Source: Leptonemataceae bacterium
GTDB lineage: Bacteria > Spirochaetota > Leptospiria > Leptospirales > Leptonemataceae
Length of the DNA stretch: 64,000 bases
Direction of reading: 5' to 3'
Assembly (NCBI GenBank): GCA_965227295.1
Contig: OZ245742.1
Coordinates: 3,168,001 to 3,232,000, forward strand
Of this stretch, positions 9,522 through 18,966 are shown one piece after another (the stretch's first letter is position 1; each line of letters starts with the position of its first letter). Made by a program: the position numbers and the translations under genes. The notes under the pieces were generated by a model that was given only the letters and a program-made list of their open reading frames with translations, did no database searches and had not been told where the DNA came from.

Positions 9522-10493
9522 TTATTTCGCGGCCGCCTCCACTCGTGAAACGATGCGCGCACCGGCGCCCCGCAGATTCGTAATACGATTCAACAAATCG
9601 AACCAGAACGGCGCGCCCATGCTCACCGCGGCCACCGTAAGTGCGAGGCCGATCAACTTAAAGAGCCAGGACAGAATGAAGTTCTGCAGGCATCCGGCGG
9701 CGGCGCCCTCCTGGCCGCAAGTGTACGACGGCGGGGTACGATGCACGTATCCGGCGAGGCCCGCTTGCGGCGCTTCGTTTTCGAAGGGGCCCCAGCCGAG
9801 CAGATTTTGATTCATGACGTCGTAGGCGGCCCGGGCGAACTCCTGTTCGGTGGTTTCGCCGTCCTGGTTTGCAGCCGTACCGGGAACATCGTCGGCGAGG
9901 GCGGAGATGGTCGTCCGCGTGTTGGCGCTGCTGTAGAGTACGTTGAGCATCATGATCGTGTCGGCGTTGGAGACGATCACGAGCAAGCTCGCGATGACCA
10001 GAATGGCCGAGGCCACCAAACGTTTGTACCAACCCGCGGCGCGTTCCATGACGGAGTCGTACCACTCTTCGACGCCGATGGTAAGATTGCCCAGGTCCAT
10101 GCCGCTTTCCTGGACAAGATTCAACAGACCGCGACGAACGGCGGCGAACTCCACGCCGCGGGTATTCAGCACACCCTGCACGCGATTCGCTGTGACGGGA
10201 CCTTTTTGCCCGTCCTTCTCGGCGACGAGAGCGATGAGAGCCCGGGCGAAGTCCTTCGACTTAATGTACGAGGGCTTTCCGTTCTTCGAAAGCGATCGAA
10301 TGACGTCGGTCTTGTAGAGTTCATCGAGGAGACCGTCGCCGCCGAGCATGTTACCGATGGCGGATTTCAAATTCTTCGCGCGCCACGAGAGCAGACGCGA
10401 GATGCCTTCACTCAGCGACGAACTGATCGTGCTGAGTACGAAATAAACGAGTAAGAGGCCGAGTGCCGTTTCCAGAATTGCTGATCCAAACAT
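9522..10493 (-). CDS. Uncharacterised multi-pass membrane protein
   Basis: N-terminal TM, EWYDSVMERAAGWYKR, C-terminal AAVSMGAPFWFDLL; start at MFGSAIL. Confidence 0.75.
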   Translation of the reverse strand: MFGSAILETALGLLLVYFVLSTISSSLSEGISRLLSWRAKNLKSAIGNMLGGDGLLDELYKTDVIRSLSKNGKPSYIKSKDFARALIALVAEKDGQKGPVTANRVQGVLNTRGVEFAAVRRGLLNLVQESGMDLGNLTIGVEEWYDSVMERAAGWYKRLVASAILVIASLLVIVSNADTIMMLNVLYSSANTRTTISALADDVPGTAANQDGETTEQEFARAAYDVMNQNLLGWGPFENEAPQAGLAGYVHRTPPSYTCGQEGAAAGCLQNFILSWLFKLIGLALTVAAVSMGAPFWFDLLNRITNLRGAGARIVSRVEAAAK

Positions 10494-10705
10494 GCTTCCA
10501 TGCTGAACCGTTCGGTCGGGCCCTCGCAAGCATCCTTCCCGGGACCGGCCTCAGGCATGACGAAAATTCCCGGGAAATTGCAGTATTTACAGCGCGGTTC
10601 ATGCAAATAATTCAGAGTGCTACGGGACCTCCGACGGCGGGATTTCCGGACGTCCGGTGAGAATATTTTGCAACAGATTTACGGTACCCGCGGTCGAATA
10701 TAAAT

Positions 10706-11671
10706 ATGATGTACTCACTTCCGAAGTTCGACGGCAATCGTAAGAATGGTCGGCCCGGTCGGGCGCTGATCGTCGAGGGCGGCGGCATGCGCGGGGCCTT
10801 CGCCGGCGGTGCCCTCGGCATGATGGGCGAGTTGTATCCGCCGGAGAACTACGACATCGTCATCGGCGTTTCCTCCGGGGCCTGTTCGGCCTCATACTAC
10901 GTCACGGAGAAGAACATCGACACGGCGCGGCGCAACAAGATCTTGCAGGTATGGCGCTACGAACTGGCGGGCAGCAAGCTCATGTCGTACCGCAACCTGC
11001 TCCGCGGTCGTCCGTTTTTGAATCAGGAGTATCTCATCGACGAACTCTTCGGCCGTCGTTATCCGGTAAAACGCGAGATCCTCGACGAAAAATCGACGAC
11101 GCCTTTTTACATCGTCGTGAGCAACATCAAGACGCTGCAACCCGAGTACCATCGCGCGCGCGGCGACAATCTCTTCAACTTACTCAAAGCCGCCACGTCG
11201 CTGCCCATCGCGACGAAGGGCCGCCGGCGCATCGGCGAGACGGAGTATACCGACGGCGGCGTGCTGGACCCGTTGCCGGTCCAGGCGGCCATCGACGCCG
11301 GTTACACGGATCTTACGGTCATCTTAACGAATCCGCGGACGCACGAGCAGGGGCGCATCGGGCCGTTTCTGAGTTTCATGTGTTTTCCCTGGGACGGCCA
11401 GGTGCAGCGCAAGTTGACGAAGGAGATGCACGTATTGCATCAACGTTCGTACAATCTCATCAACAATCCGCCGCCGGGCGTGCGCGTGCGCATCATCGAT
11501 CCGCGACACACCTTGCCGGCGCACATGCTGTCGACGAACGTCTTCTTGTTGCATCACACGGTGGAGATGGGTCTCGCCGCGGCGTTCGAGCTCTTCGGAA
11601 AAGAAAAACGCCGCAAAGGTTTCCTGGCAAGAATCCGCCGCTGGTTCGGCTTTCGGCCGTCTACGGCTTGA
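10706..11671 (+). CDS. Patatin-like phospholipase
   Basis: EGGGMRGAF, GVSSG nucleophile, YTDGG. Confidence 0.92.
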   Translation: MMYSLPKFDGNRKNGRPGRALIVEGGGMRGAFAGGALGMMGELYPPENYDIVIGVSSGACSASYYVTEKNIDTARRNKILQVWRYELAGSKLMSYRNLLRGRPFLNQEYLIDELFGRRYPVKREILDEKSTTPFYIVVSNIKTLQPEYHRARGDNLFNLLKAATSLPIATKGRRRIGETEYTDGGVLDPLPVQAAIDAGYTDLTVILTNPRTHEQGRIGPFLSFMCFPWDGQVQRKLTKEMHVLHQRSYNLINNPPPGVRVRIIDPRHTLPAHMLSTNVFLLHHTVEMGLAAAFELFGKEKRRKGFLARIRRWFGFRPSTA

Positions 11672-11684
11672 GAAAGATGGATGA

Positions 11685-11798
11685 GACTCCGAGCACCGAG
11701 GCACCGATGGAAGATTGGGAGAGCATTCGTATCTGAATGCATTCGGGCTATGAACGCTCTCTGATTTTTTTTAACTCGGTACCTCGGTCCTCGGAGTC
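11685..11798. repeat. Family A palindromic element (REPIN/MITE-like), copy 1
   Basis: Arms GACTCCGAGCACCGAGGCACCGA and CTCGGTACCTCGGTCCTCGGAGTC; central GAATGCATTC palindrome. Confidence 0.9.
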
Positions 11799-11810
11799 AA
11801 ATCCCGTCTT

Positions 11811-12857
11811 TCACCGCGCCACGCAGCGCACGCGATAGTTTCCGCCGTCCACCATCTCGCCCTCTCCCAGCCGGAAGTCGTAGATCATGCCGCGGCCGGA
11901 GAAGTTCATCGACGTCCAGTACTGATGCGTGCCCGTCGACCAGAAGAGACTGCGGTCGATGTACGGAGACGTTGCGTTCGCTTGAATCATCGTTTGCAGT
12001 TCGGTCATCTCCGGGAGACGCCAGGATTTCCCGCCGGCCTTGAGTGATGCGCAGTACTGCTGTGCCCGGGCCTGGGTCATGACGGAATCGCGTTCTTCGC
12101 CGCGGCAATTGCAGAGTTCGAACGTTTGCCCCGGCGCGCACTTCTGCCAGGTCAGTCCGCTGCTGTTGTCGACGACGAAACCGTTGCCGCGATCCACGTG
12201 ATTTCCGGAACGCAGCACGTCACACTTACCGCCCGCCTGGTAACGACTGAGGCCGACCAGAATCCAGCTCAAATCGGAGCCGCCGCTCACGTCGATGTAC
12301 ACCCCGCCGCCGGCTTCGGCGATGAGGCGCAGTTGTGCCTGGATCTGCGGGTCCACGGCGAAGCTGATGATGTGCACGACGATGTTCATGCCGGCGTTAC
12401 GCCACTTCGCCGCAACGGCCGCCGGATCGCCCTCGCAGGTTTCGAGGCCGTCGGTGATTACGATGATGCGATTGTCTTCGTTCGGGTTATGAAACTTCGC
12501 GCCGGCCGTATCGATGGCCAGGGCCAGCGGCGTGCTGCCGTCGGGTTCGATGCCCTGCACGGCCGAGGTGAGCCGGGACTTTGCGTTCAGGCCGCGATCC
12601 ACCGGGATGTTCGAAGTCACCCCGCAGGCTCCGTCCGACGGGAACGACAGAAAGGCAATGCCGCGGTCACCGGGAACCCAACTGAAGGTCGACTGCATGG
12701 CCGATCGCGCGACGTCGATCTTACGCACGTCGTTGGGCTGACCGCTGAGTGTCTCGGCCATCGATCCGCTGCGATCATAAACATAAACGGTATCCGCAAA
12801 GAGCGGTGCGCTGAAGAAAACAATAACGGTGAGCAGGGCGGGGAAGAAGGCGTTCAT
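11811..12857 (-). CDS. Secreted VWA-domain + DUF1566 (Lcl C-terminal) protein
   Basis: Signal peptide, MIDAS DRSGSM, TPLA, VITDGLETC; C-terminal D..SGLTWQKC..WRLPEMTEL..YWTS..VRCV. Confidence 0.85.
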   Translation of the reverse strand: MNAFFPALLTVIVFFSAPLFADTVYVYDRSGSMAETLSGQPNDVRKIDVARSAMQSTFSWVPGDRGIAFLSFPSDGACGVTSNIPVDRGLNAKSRLTSAVQGIEPDGSTPLALAIDTAGAKFHNPNEDNRIIVITDGLETCEGDPAAVAAKWRNAGMNIVVHIISFAVDPQIQAQLRLIAEAGGGVYIDVSGGSDLSWILVGLSRYQAGGKCDVLRSGNHVDRGNGFVVDNSSGLTWQKCAPGQTFELCNCRGEERDSVMTQARAQQYCASLKAGGKSWRLPEMTELQTMIQANATSPYIDRSLFWSTGTHQYWTSMNFSGRGMIYDFRLGEGEMVDGGNYRVRCVAR

Positions 12858-12916
12858 GCGTTCTTCTTCGGTTTTGAGAGGGAAAACTTAAGGTGGGTGG
12901 TGAGAAAGATGGATGA

Positions 12917-13029
12917 GACTCCGAGGACCGAGGTACCGGGTTTAAGAAAACGGAGAGTATTCACAGGCTGAATGCATTCGGATACGAATGCTCTCGTAAT
13001 CTTCCCTAGGCGCCTCGGTCCTCGGAGTC
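12917..13029. repeat. Family A palindromic element, copy 2 (core inverted relative to copy 1)
   Basis: Arms GACTCCGAGGACCGAGGTACC and GGCGCCTCGGTCCTCGGAGTC; its reverse complement aligns along the length of copy 1. Confidence 0.9.
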
Positions 13030-13039
13030 AAAAAATCTC

Positions 13040-14092
13040 TTAAGCCTCGGCCTTTGACTTGCGCATGCGTCCGATCAGAATGACCGCCGCGATGGCCAGG
13101 ACCACCAGGATCAGAATCACCCACCAGTACCGTAAGAACGTGTACGTGATCGCCATAATGACGAAGGCGAAGATGAAAAAGATCACCCGGATGAGGCCGG
13201 CGCCGAAGCCGCCGATGATCGGGATGTACTCGATGAGACTCAAGAGCGGGCCGACGATCATCGCCATGCCGCCGCCCAGGCAGGCCACGCTGATGATGAA
13301 CAGGATCAGCGTCATCATGAAGTCCGACGACGAGATGCTCTCCATGGTCTGGCTCAGATTGCCGGCACCGAAGGCGAGATACTTGTTGTCCCGTGCCGAC
13401 GTATACTGGGCGAACGTGTTGCCGCTGCTTTTGCCGATTATGGTGTACTCCGCTCCCGGATCGTAGCTGTAGCCGGAATAGGAGATGCGCTCGCAACCGA
13501 CGTACGGGCTGCCGGCGCAGTTTTGATTCATGTAGAAGTAACCGCCGTTCTCGACAAGGCCGGTAACTTTGCTTCCGTCGATGTTAGCAGAGGGCAGGCC
13601 GTAGGTACTCGCCTGGGGATAGTTGAACGTGTAAGTCTTACCGTCGGCCGTGAGGCGGACCGTGCTTACCTTGGGGTTCGTTGTAGGCGTGCGGATGTTC
13701 GGATTGCTTTTACCGCGGCAGCCTTCGCCGAGGGAACGATCCGGGGAAGACGTCCAGTGGGTCTCACAACGCGCCGGTTCGTTTTTCTCTTTGTCGCCCT
13801 TGATTTCTTTGTAGGCGTAAATCTGCACGCTACGGCTCAACTGCAGGTAGTTGCCCGCCCGCACGTAGGGTGGATCGCCCAGCGGCGCTGCCTGGATTTT
13901 CCCCGTGGCGTACTCCGGCTGCGTGGCGGACGCGCTGCCCACAGCCTGAGCGTCGCGCAGTGCTTCCGTGGTGCGTTCGCGGCAGGACGAGTATCCTACC
14001 ACGAAGAACGAAACGGGAATCAGCAGAAATCCGATCAGCATGCCGCCGATGGAGTTCATGATCTTGCCCATGAAGGACGTTTCTTCGGCCAT
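13040..14092 (-). CDS. TMEM43-like membrane protein
   Basis: N-terminal SFMGKIMNSIGGMLIGFLL, soluble loop, C-terminal TM cluster with IPIIG. Confidence 0.65.
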   Translation of the reverse strand: MAEETSFMGKIMNSIGGMLIGFLLIPVSFFVVGYSSCRERTTEALRDAQAVGSASATQPEYATGKIQAAPLGDPPYVRAGNYLQLSRSVQIYAYKEIKGDKEKNEPARCETHWTSSPDRSLGEGCRGKSNPNIRTPTTNPKVSTVRLTADGKTYTFNYPQASTYGLPSANIDGSKVTGLVENGGYFYMNQNCAGSPYVGCERISYSGYSYDPGAEYTIIGKSSGNTFAQYTSARDNKYLAFGAGNLSQTMESISSSDFMMTLILFIISVACLGGGMAMIVGPLLSLIEYIPIIGGFGAGLIRVIFFIFAFVIMAITYTFLRYWWVILILVVLAIAAVILIGRMRKSKAEA

Positions 14093-14257
14093 ATCGTAGA
14101 TGCTCCTTTAAAATCGATAAAGTCTTTTATATGAGCCGGGATTGTCCGTGCTTCCGTGGGCGCGGCAAGGGAAAAAACGTCTCGCGGGGGAATTTCGCGA
14201 AAAAAGCGCACCACGTTTCCGTGCCCGGACGTTTGTGCGGCCGTCGATTGACGCCGC

Positions 14258-15595
14258 TTATTGCGGCCGGTAGAACGCGAGGTCCTCGCCGACATCGTAG
14301 GGTTCGGCGATGGGCTGCGTGAAATTCACGGCGCTTTGCATGAGGGCTTCCATCTCACCGCGCAGACGTGCATTGACTTCGGCAACGGCACCGCGACGGT
14401 CCTGCTTGTAAGCCGTGTAGTAGTCGCCCAGATCGAAGGGTTGCGCGAAGATCACCCGGCCGCGGCGCGGGCGCAGCTTCTGTTCGCCGAAGGTTAGGTT
14501 TTCGTACAGGTTCAGCCACTCGTAGAAGCGCTCGGCCGTGGGATGCTGAATGAGATGGCGCGGCTTCTTAATTAAGAAGAGATACGCCCGATCCACGTGT
14601 TTTTTCGCGGCGGCGACGCTCTCCGGATCGACGTGGTACTTCGTGGGACCGGTGTAGCCCCACTCGGCGGTTTCGATGGCGGTGAACAATTCCCGGATGC
14701 GCGTGATGGCGTCCGTCTTCGAATCCAGTTCAATGCCCATGATGCGGGCGCCTTCTTCCAGGGCCGCGTGCCGCACTCGACCCATGCGGTACTCGTAGTC
14801 CGTTTTCGAGGCGATGGAGATTTTGTACATGAGCTCGCCCTGTTCCAGCAGGACCCGACCCACCGTGAGAAACCGTCGCAGCAATCCCTTCGGGCGACTT
14901 TCGACAAAGGCCGAGCGCTCATCCGGGCCGAAGCGTTGGGCCAGTTCGTCTTCGATGCGGCGAATCCCCCGCTCAATGTCCCGCCGATGGCGATCGGCGC
15001 TGCCGCTCATCACGTACTTCACGAAGGCCGGCAGCACCGGCAGCGTGGCGTTTGCGTCACGCTTGCGGGCGTCTTCCAGGCCCCAGAAGCCGATCTGCAC
15101 GGCACCGGGCTGAAAGGGAATGAGGTCATCGTTCACGCCGGTCATCATGCCCTCGGGGTAGATGACGAGTTTGCCGTCGGAGCGCCCCAGGACCTGGCGA
15201 GCGGCCTTGATGGCCTCACGATCCGCGGCGCCGGCCAGGACCGAAAAGGCGCCTACACGTTTGATCAGTTCACCAAGCACGCCGCCGTACCAGTTGAAGA
15301 TTGTGCGGGAGGCCATGTACCGGAAGCGCGCGCCCATCACATTGGCGACGTAGTAAGCGATGGGCGGTTCGATGAACGTCGGATGATTGCTCATGTAGAG
15401 CAGGCGGCCGTGACGGAGTGAGCGCAGCAGCTTGCGATCGTCGGGGTCGACGTCCACGCCCTCAAGGTTCAGCGCGGTTTTGGCGAGGATGGGAAAGGCG
15501 GCGTCGAGGCCCCACGCCACGGGAGCGTTGAAGTCGGCCGGCACGAAGATCGGCGGATTTTTGCGAAATGGAATTGGAAAAGGAAGATCCACCAT
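14258..15595 (-). CDS. PlsC-like glycerolipid acyltransferase
   Basis: SNHPTFIEP (HX4E variant), GAFSV, LVIYPEG, PFQPG. Confidence 0.85.
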   Translation of the reverse strand: MVDLPFPIPFRKNPPIFVPADFNAPVAWGLDAAFPILAKTALNLEGVDVDPDDRKLLRSLRHGRLLYMSNHPTFIEPPIAYYVANVMGARFRYMASRTIFNWYGGVLGELIKRVGAFSVLAGAADREAIKAARQVLGRSDGKLVIYPEGMMTGVNDDLIPFQPGAVQIGFWGLEDARKRDANATLPVLPAFVKYVMSGSADRHRRDIERGIRRIEDELAQRFGPDERSAFVESRPKGLLRRFLTVGRVLLEQGELMYKISIASKTDYEYRMGRVRHAALEEGARIMGIELDSKTDAITRIRELFTAIETAEWGYTGPTKYHVDPESVAAAKKHVDRAYLFLIKKPRHLIQHPTAERFYEWLNLYENLTFGEQKLRPRRGRVIFAQPFDLGDYYTAYKQDRRGAVAEVNARLRGEMEALMQSAVNFTQPIAEPYDVGEDLAFYRPQ

Positions 15596-15743
15596 TTGAA
15601 TGAAGCCCTGCGAGTCGTCCCATCAGATGTCGGCGGGACGGTGGAGCGAAACCGTAAAAGACATCGAGTTACTGTCAAGACGCTTCGAAGGAATTCGATT
15701 AATACTTGCTGCGACGGGCCCGGCCGACGTACTTACGGATCAT

Positions 15744-17030
15744 ATGGCGGATGATGTCTCTCTTTCCGAATTGTCGGCGTTGTCCGGGGACGACGCGATC
15801 CGCGCCGTGTACATCGAGAGCGATGTCGAAGCCTACCGGCACCTGCGCCGACTCTTCGAGGCCTGGTTCGGCACCGGCATCCGCTTCCGGCACATCGAAC
15901 ATCCGGACCATCTGAACGCCGACGAGGACGGCTACGATCTGGTGATCACCGAGCTGAGTTTCGCCGGTGACGCCACCGCGCCCGAGGAGATGTTGCGGCG
16001 CATCACCCACGCCCCGCAGTTGCGGGATACTCCCGTGGTCGTAATCACAGCACTGGACGATCCGCGTCTGCCGTTGCGTGCCTTCCAGGAGGGCGTCGCG
16101 GAGTTCTATACCAAGTTCGGCCTGCGCATCTCACTCATGGAACATCGCCTGCGCAACCTGGTGCAGCGAGAAATCCGCGCCCGGGCCCTGCGCACGAACA
16201 TGAGCGATCTCATGCAGCGCTTCGAACACGTCGAGGGCGCCTCCCGGGGTGAGATTCGTTCGCTCCAGGAAACCATCGAGCAGATGCGCCGGGATCTGGA
16301 AAGTGAGTACGAAGAGAAGTTACGCCTGGAAAAAGAAAAGAACCGCATGCAGAACGTCTTCGGCATGTACGTGGATCCGAAGATCGTTCAGGGCATCATG
16401 CAGGACGAGATTACCCTGGAGCAGAAGGGCGAACGCCAGGAAATGACGGTGATGTTTGCGGACCTGCGCGATTACACGGGCATGACCGAGAACATGGAGC
16501 CGGAGAAGGTCATCTCGTTTTTGAACGAGTTCTTTACGTCCATGACCGAGGTGATCATGGGTTACGGCGGCATGGTGGACAAGTACATCGGCGACGGCAT
16601 CATGGCGCTCTTCGGCGCGCCCATCGCCGAGGAGAATCATCGGGACAACGCCGTGCTCACCGCCATGGAAATGTTTTCCATCTTTGAGCTGTGGCAGACG
16701 AACTGGGAGGCGGCCTACGGCATCCGGCCGGCCATGGGCATCGGCCTGGCCTCCGGCGAGGCGGTGGTGGGCAACGTCGGCTCGTTTCAGAAGATCTCGT
16801 ACACGGCCGTGGGCGACACCGTGAACCTGGCCGCGCGCCTGGAAGGCCTGGCCCGCCCCGGCCAACTGCTGCTCTCTAAAGATTTGTACGATAATATTAG
16901 CGAAGAGTCCCGGTCGCGCTATCAATTTGAACAACTCGAACCGTTTACGATTAAGGGCAAGTCCGCCGCCCAGCAGGTCTATCGCCTCGTGAAAGAGTTT
17001 GAGGCGGATGACATTATTCAGTTGATGTAG
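15744..17030 (+). CDS. Receiver-like domain + coiled coil + class III adenylate cyclase
   Basis: DLVITE..TPVVVITA..FYTK receiver; MFADLRDYT, DKYIGDGIM, YTAVGDTVNLAARLEG; start uncertain (ORF opens at 15600). Confidence 0.88.
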   Translation: MADDVSLSELSALSGDDAIRAVYIESDVEAYRHLRRLFEAWFGTGIRFRHIEHPDHLNADEDGYDLVITELSFAGDATAPEEMLRRITHAPQLRDTPVVVITALDDPRLPLRAFQEGVAEFYTKFGLRISLMEHRLRNLVQREIRARALRTNMSDLMQRFEHVEGASRGEIRSLQETIEQMRRDLESEYEEKLRLEKEKNRMQNVFGMYVDPKIVQGIMQDEITLEQKGERQEMTVMFADLRDYTGMTENMEPEKVISFLNEFFTSMTEVIMGYGGMVDKYIGDGIMALFGAPIAEENHRDNAVLTAMEMFSIFELWQTNWEAAYGIRPAMGIGLASGEAVVGNVGSFQKISYTAVGDTVNLAARLEGLARPGQLLLSKDLYDNISEESRSRYQFEQLEPFTIKGKSAAQQVYRLVKEFEADDIIQLM

Positions 17031-17843
17031 TTATTTTTTTCGCGCCAGGATATGATTGTGATGGTCCGTCTGCGTGAAATCTTCGGGCAAAGGCACAAGT
17101 TCTTTCGCGCCCTTGGGCCGCAGAAATAACTCGAAACCGTGATCGCGCAGCAACCGGAAGAGCTGCGCGTTGGAGCGGCCGAACTTGCCGGACTCCTCCT
17201 CGGAGAACTCCAGGTAAATCTTTCGGATCTTCGGGAAAATGCCCGTGGCCCCTTCGAGCACCACCTGCTCGAAACCCTCGACGTCCACCTTGAGAAGGTC
17301 GATGTGGTCGTGGCGGTTCAGTTCGCTCATTTGATCCAGGCGGAGCATATCGATCTCCCCGGCGCTGTCCGGTTGAACGTGACTGACGACGTCCTCGTTT
17401 TCTTCGGCGAAGGAGACCTGACCGTTCCGATCCCCGGCGGCGGCCCGAAAGAGGCTCACGTTCTTAAGTTCGTTCAATGCAACATTACGCTCCAGAAAAC
17501 GAAACGTCGCCGGCACCGGTTCGAAGGCGTAGACGTGCCCCTCCGGCCCCACACGTTTTGCCGTGGGAATGACCGTGGTGCCGATGTTTGCGCCCACATC
17601 GATGACGACGTGGCCCGGTTCCACCAGCTCGTTCAGGAAGCGATATTCCGTGGGGCCGCCGTTGGGGCGGATCCAGTAGTGTTCCGAAAGACTGGAGGCC
17701 TGGAAGTAAATGCGGTAGTCGTTATGAACCGTGAAGGCGTGGCGGGAGCCCAGGTTCAGCTTGCGGACCAGAACCGCGATGCCGCGCCGGATGAGGCCGG
17801 GGCGGGGAAAGAGTTTCGATAACAGGCGTAAGCATAGATCCAT
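17031..17843 (-). CDS. FkbM-family SAM methyltransferase
   Basis: IDVGANIG, VYAFEP, LLKVDVEGFE. Confidence 0.9.
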   Translation of the reverse strand: MDLCLRLLSKLFPRPGLIRRGIAVLVRKLNLGSRHAFTVHNDYRIYFQASSLSEHYWIRPNGGPTEYRFLNELVEPGHVVIDVGANIGTTVIPTAKRVGPEGHVYAFEPVPATFRFLERNVALNELKNVSLFRAAAGDRNGQVSFAEENEDVVSHVQPDSAGEIDMLRLDQMSELNRHDHIDLLKVDVEGFEQVVLEGATGIFPKIRKIYLEFSEEESGKFGRSNAQLFRLLRDHGFELFLRPKGAKELVPLPEDFTQTDHHNHILARKK

Positions 17844-17860
17844 AGAAGTGCGAACAAAGG

Positions 17861-18205
17861 TCAGCCGAAAGCGGCGACAGCCTCGTCGATGGTTTCGTGA
17901 AGTTCCAGCAGGGCGCCGAAGCCGAGCAGGTTGATGAGCTTTTTTACGTTGGGGTTTGCGCGGGCCAGTTTCAGGTCGCCGCGTTTTTCGCGCACCGCCT
18001 GGGCACACTGAAGCATGGAACCCATGCCCGCGCTCGAGATGTAACCGATCTCGTGGAGGTCCAGGACGATCTTCGCCTCGCTGTTCATGTTGAGATCCTG
18101 GAGGAATCGGTGCAGTTCCGGCGCCGTATTGCTGTCCACGTGACCGGTCAGAAAGACCACGGTCGCCGCGCCGCGTTGTTCCGCTGTCATGTGCAATCGA
18201 CTCAT
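17861..18205 (-). CDS. STAS-domain anti-sigma factor antagonist
   Basis: LTGHVDS..APEL, VLDL..IGYISSAGMG; start overlaps the stop of the upstream gene. Confidence 0.9.
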   Translation of the reverse strand: MSRLHMTAEQRGAATVVFLTGHVDSNTAPELHRFLQDLNMNSEAKIVLDLHEIGYISSAGMGSMLQCAQAVREKRGDLKLARANPNVKKLINLLGFGALLELHETIDEAVAAFG

Positions 18206-18921
18206 GTTTGTCTTCCAAAAATGATGTCGTTCGCACGAAAGCAGAGTTCGTCGAGACGACTTTCGACCAGGTCCGCCTGTTCGGCAAGGACGGCTTCGTC
18301 GGCATTCTCGGCCGGCACGATAGGCTCGCCGATGACCAGGGCCACCCGGGAAAACGGAAGCGGGAGCGCAAAGTCGTCCCAATTCGGCCCGACCACGCGG
18401 CGGGAAAATCCCATGCCCACCGGGACCACGACCGTATCCGCTTTCTTCGCCATGTAGACGACACCGGGCTTCGCTTTGTAAATGGGTCCGTGCGGACCGT
18501 CCGGGGCTACCAGGGCCGGTGTGCCGTCTTTGATGATCTTAATGAAGTTTATGATTCCCTGGGACTGACGGCCGAGGGAAGCATCCAGCACTTCGTATCC
18601 CATGCCGCGAATCGTTTTCAGGCCGATCTCGCGAAAGTAATGCGTCCAGGAGTTCTCGTACTCCTTCGTGCGGGGATGATCGGAATATATACAAACGCCG
18701 CGGGAGTGCAAACAGAAAATCGCCGCATCGACAAAAGTATGCCAGACGGCGAAGATATAGTTCTGCCGACGGGCGTGCAACATACGCAAATGGTCGTCGC
18801 CTTCTACTACGTATTCCAGAGTGGATTGATATACCGAAAGGACTAGCGAACTGAGGCTCGCCAGAAAGCCGGTGGATAATTCGTACCACCGCCGTCGCAG
18901 AGGATGTCTCGGAAGGCCCAT
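18202..18921 (-). CDS. DUF374 / lysophospholipid acyltransferase family protein
   Basis: IFAVWH, APDGPHGP..AKPGVVYMA, WDDF.LPLPFSR. Confidence 0.85.
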   Translation of the reverse strand: MGLPRHPLRRRWYELSTGFLASLSSLVLSVYQSTLEYVVEGDDHLRMLHARRQNYIFAVWHTFVDAAIFCLHSRGVCIYSDHPRTKEYENSWTHYFREIGLKTIRGMGYEVLDASLGRQSQGIINFIKIIKDGTPALVAPDGPHGPIYKAKPGVVYMAKKADTVVVPVGMGFSRRVVGPNWDDFALPLPFSRVALVIGEPIVPAENADEAVLAEQADLVESRLDELCFRANDIIFGRQT

Positions 18922-18966
18922 ATAACTATGCGCGGCCCGGGCCGCTTAGAATCGTCTCAGTAAAAC

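Noticed and set aside
11811..11950. DUF1566 C-terminus as a diversity-generating retroelement variable region
   Set aside because: No template repeat differing at adenines and no reverse transcriptase seen in the window; a remote DGR cannot be excluded
11685..13029. Family A hairpins as integron attC sites or CRISPR repeats
   Set aside because: No RYYYAAC/GTTRRRY boundaries, no integrase, no regular repeat-spacer array and no cas genes
17844..18464. N-terminal extensions in the ORF track (FkbM, pyk, tyrS, TetR, STAS-like)
   Set aside because: They overlap well-supported neighbouring genes; starts were trimmed to plausible ATGs
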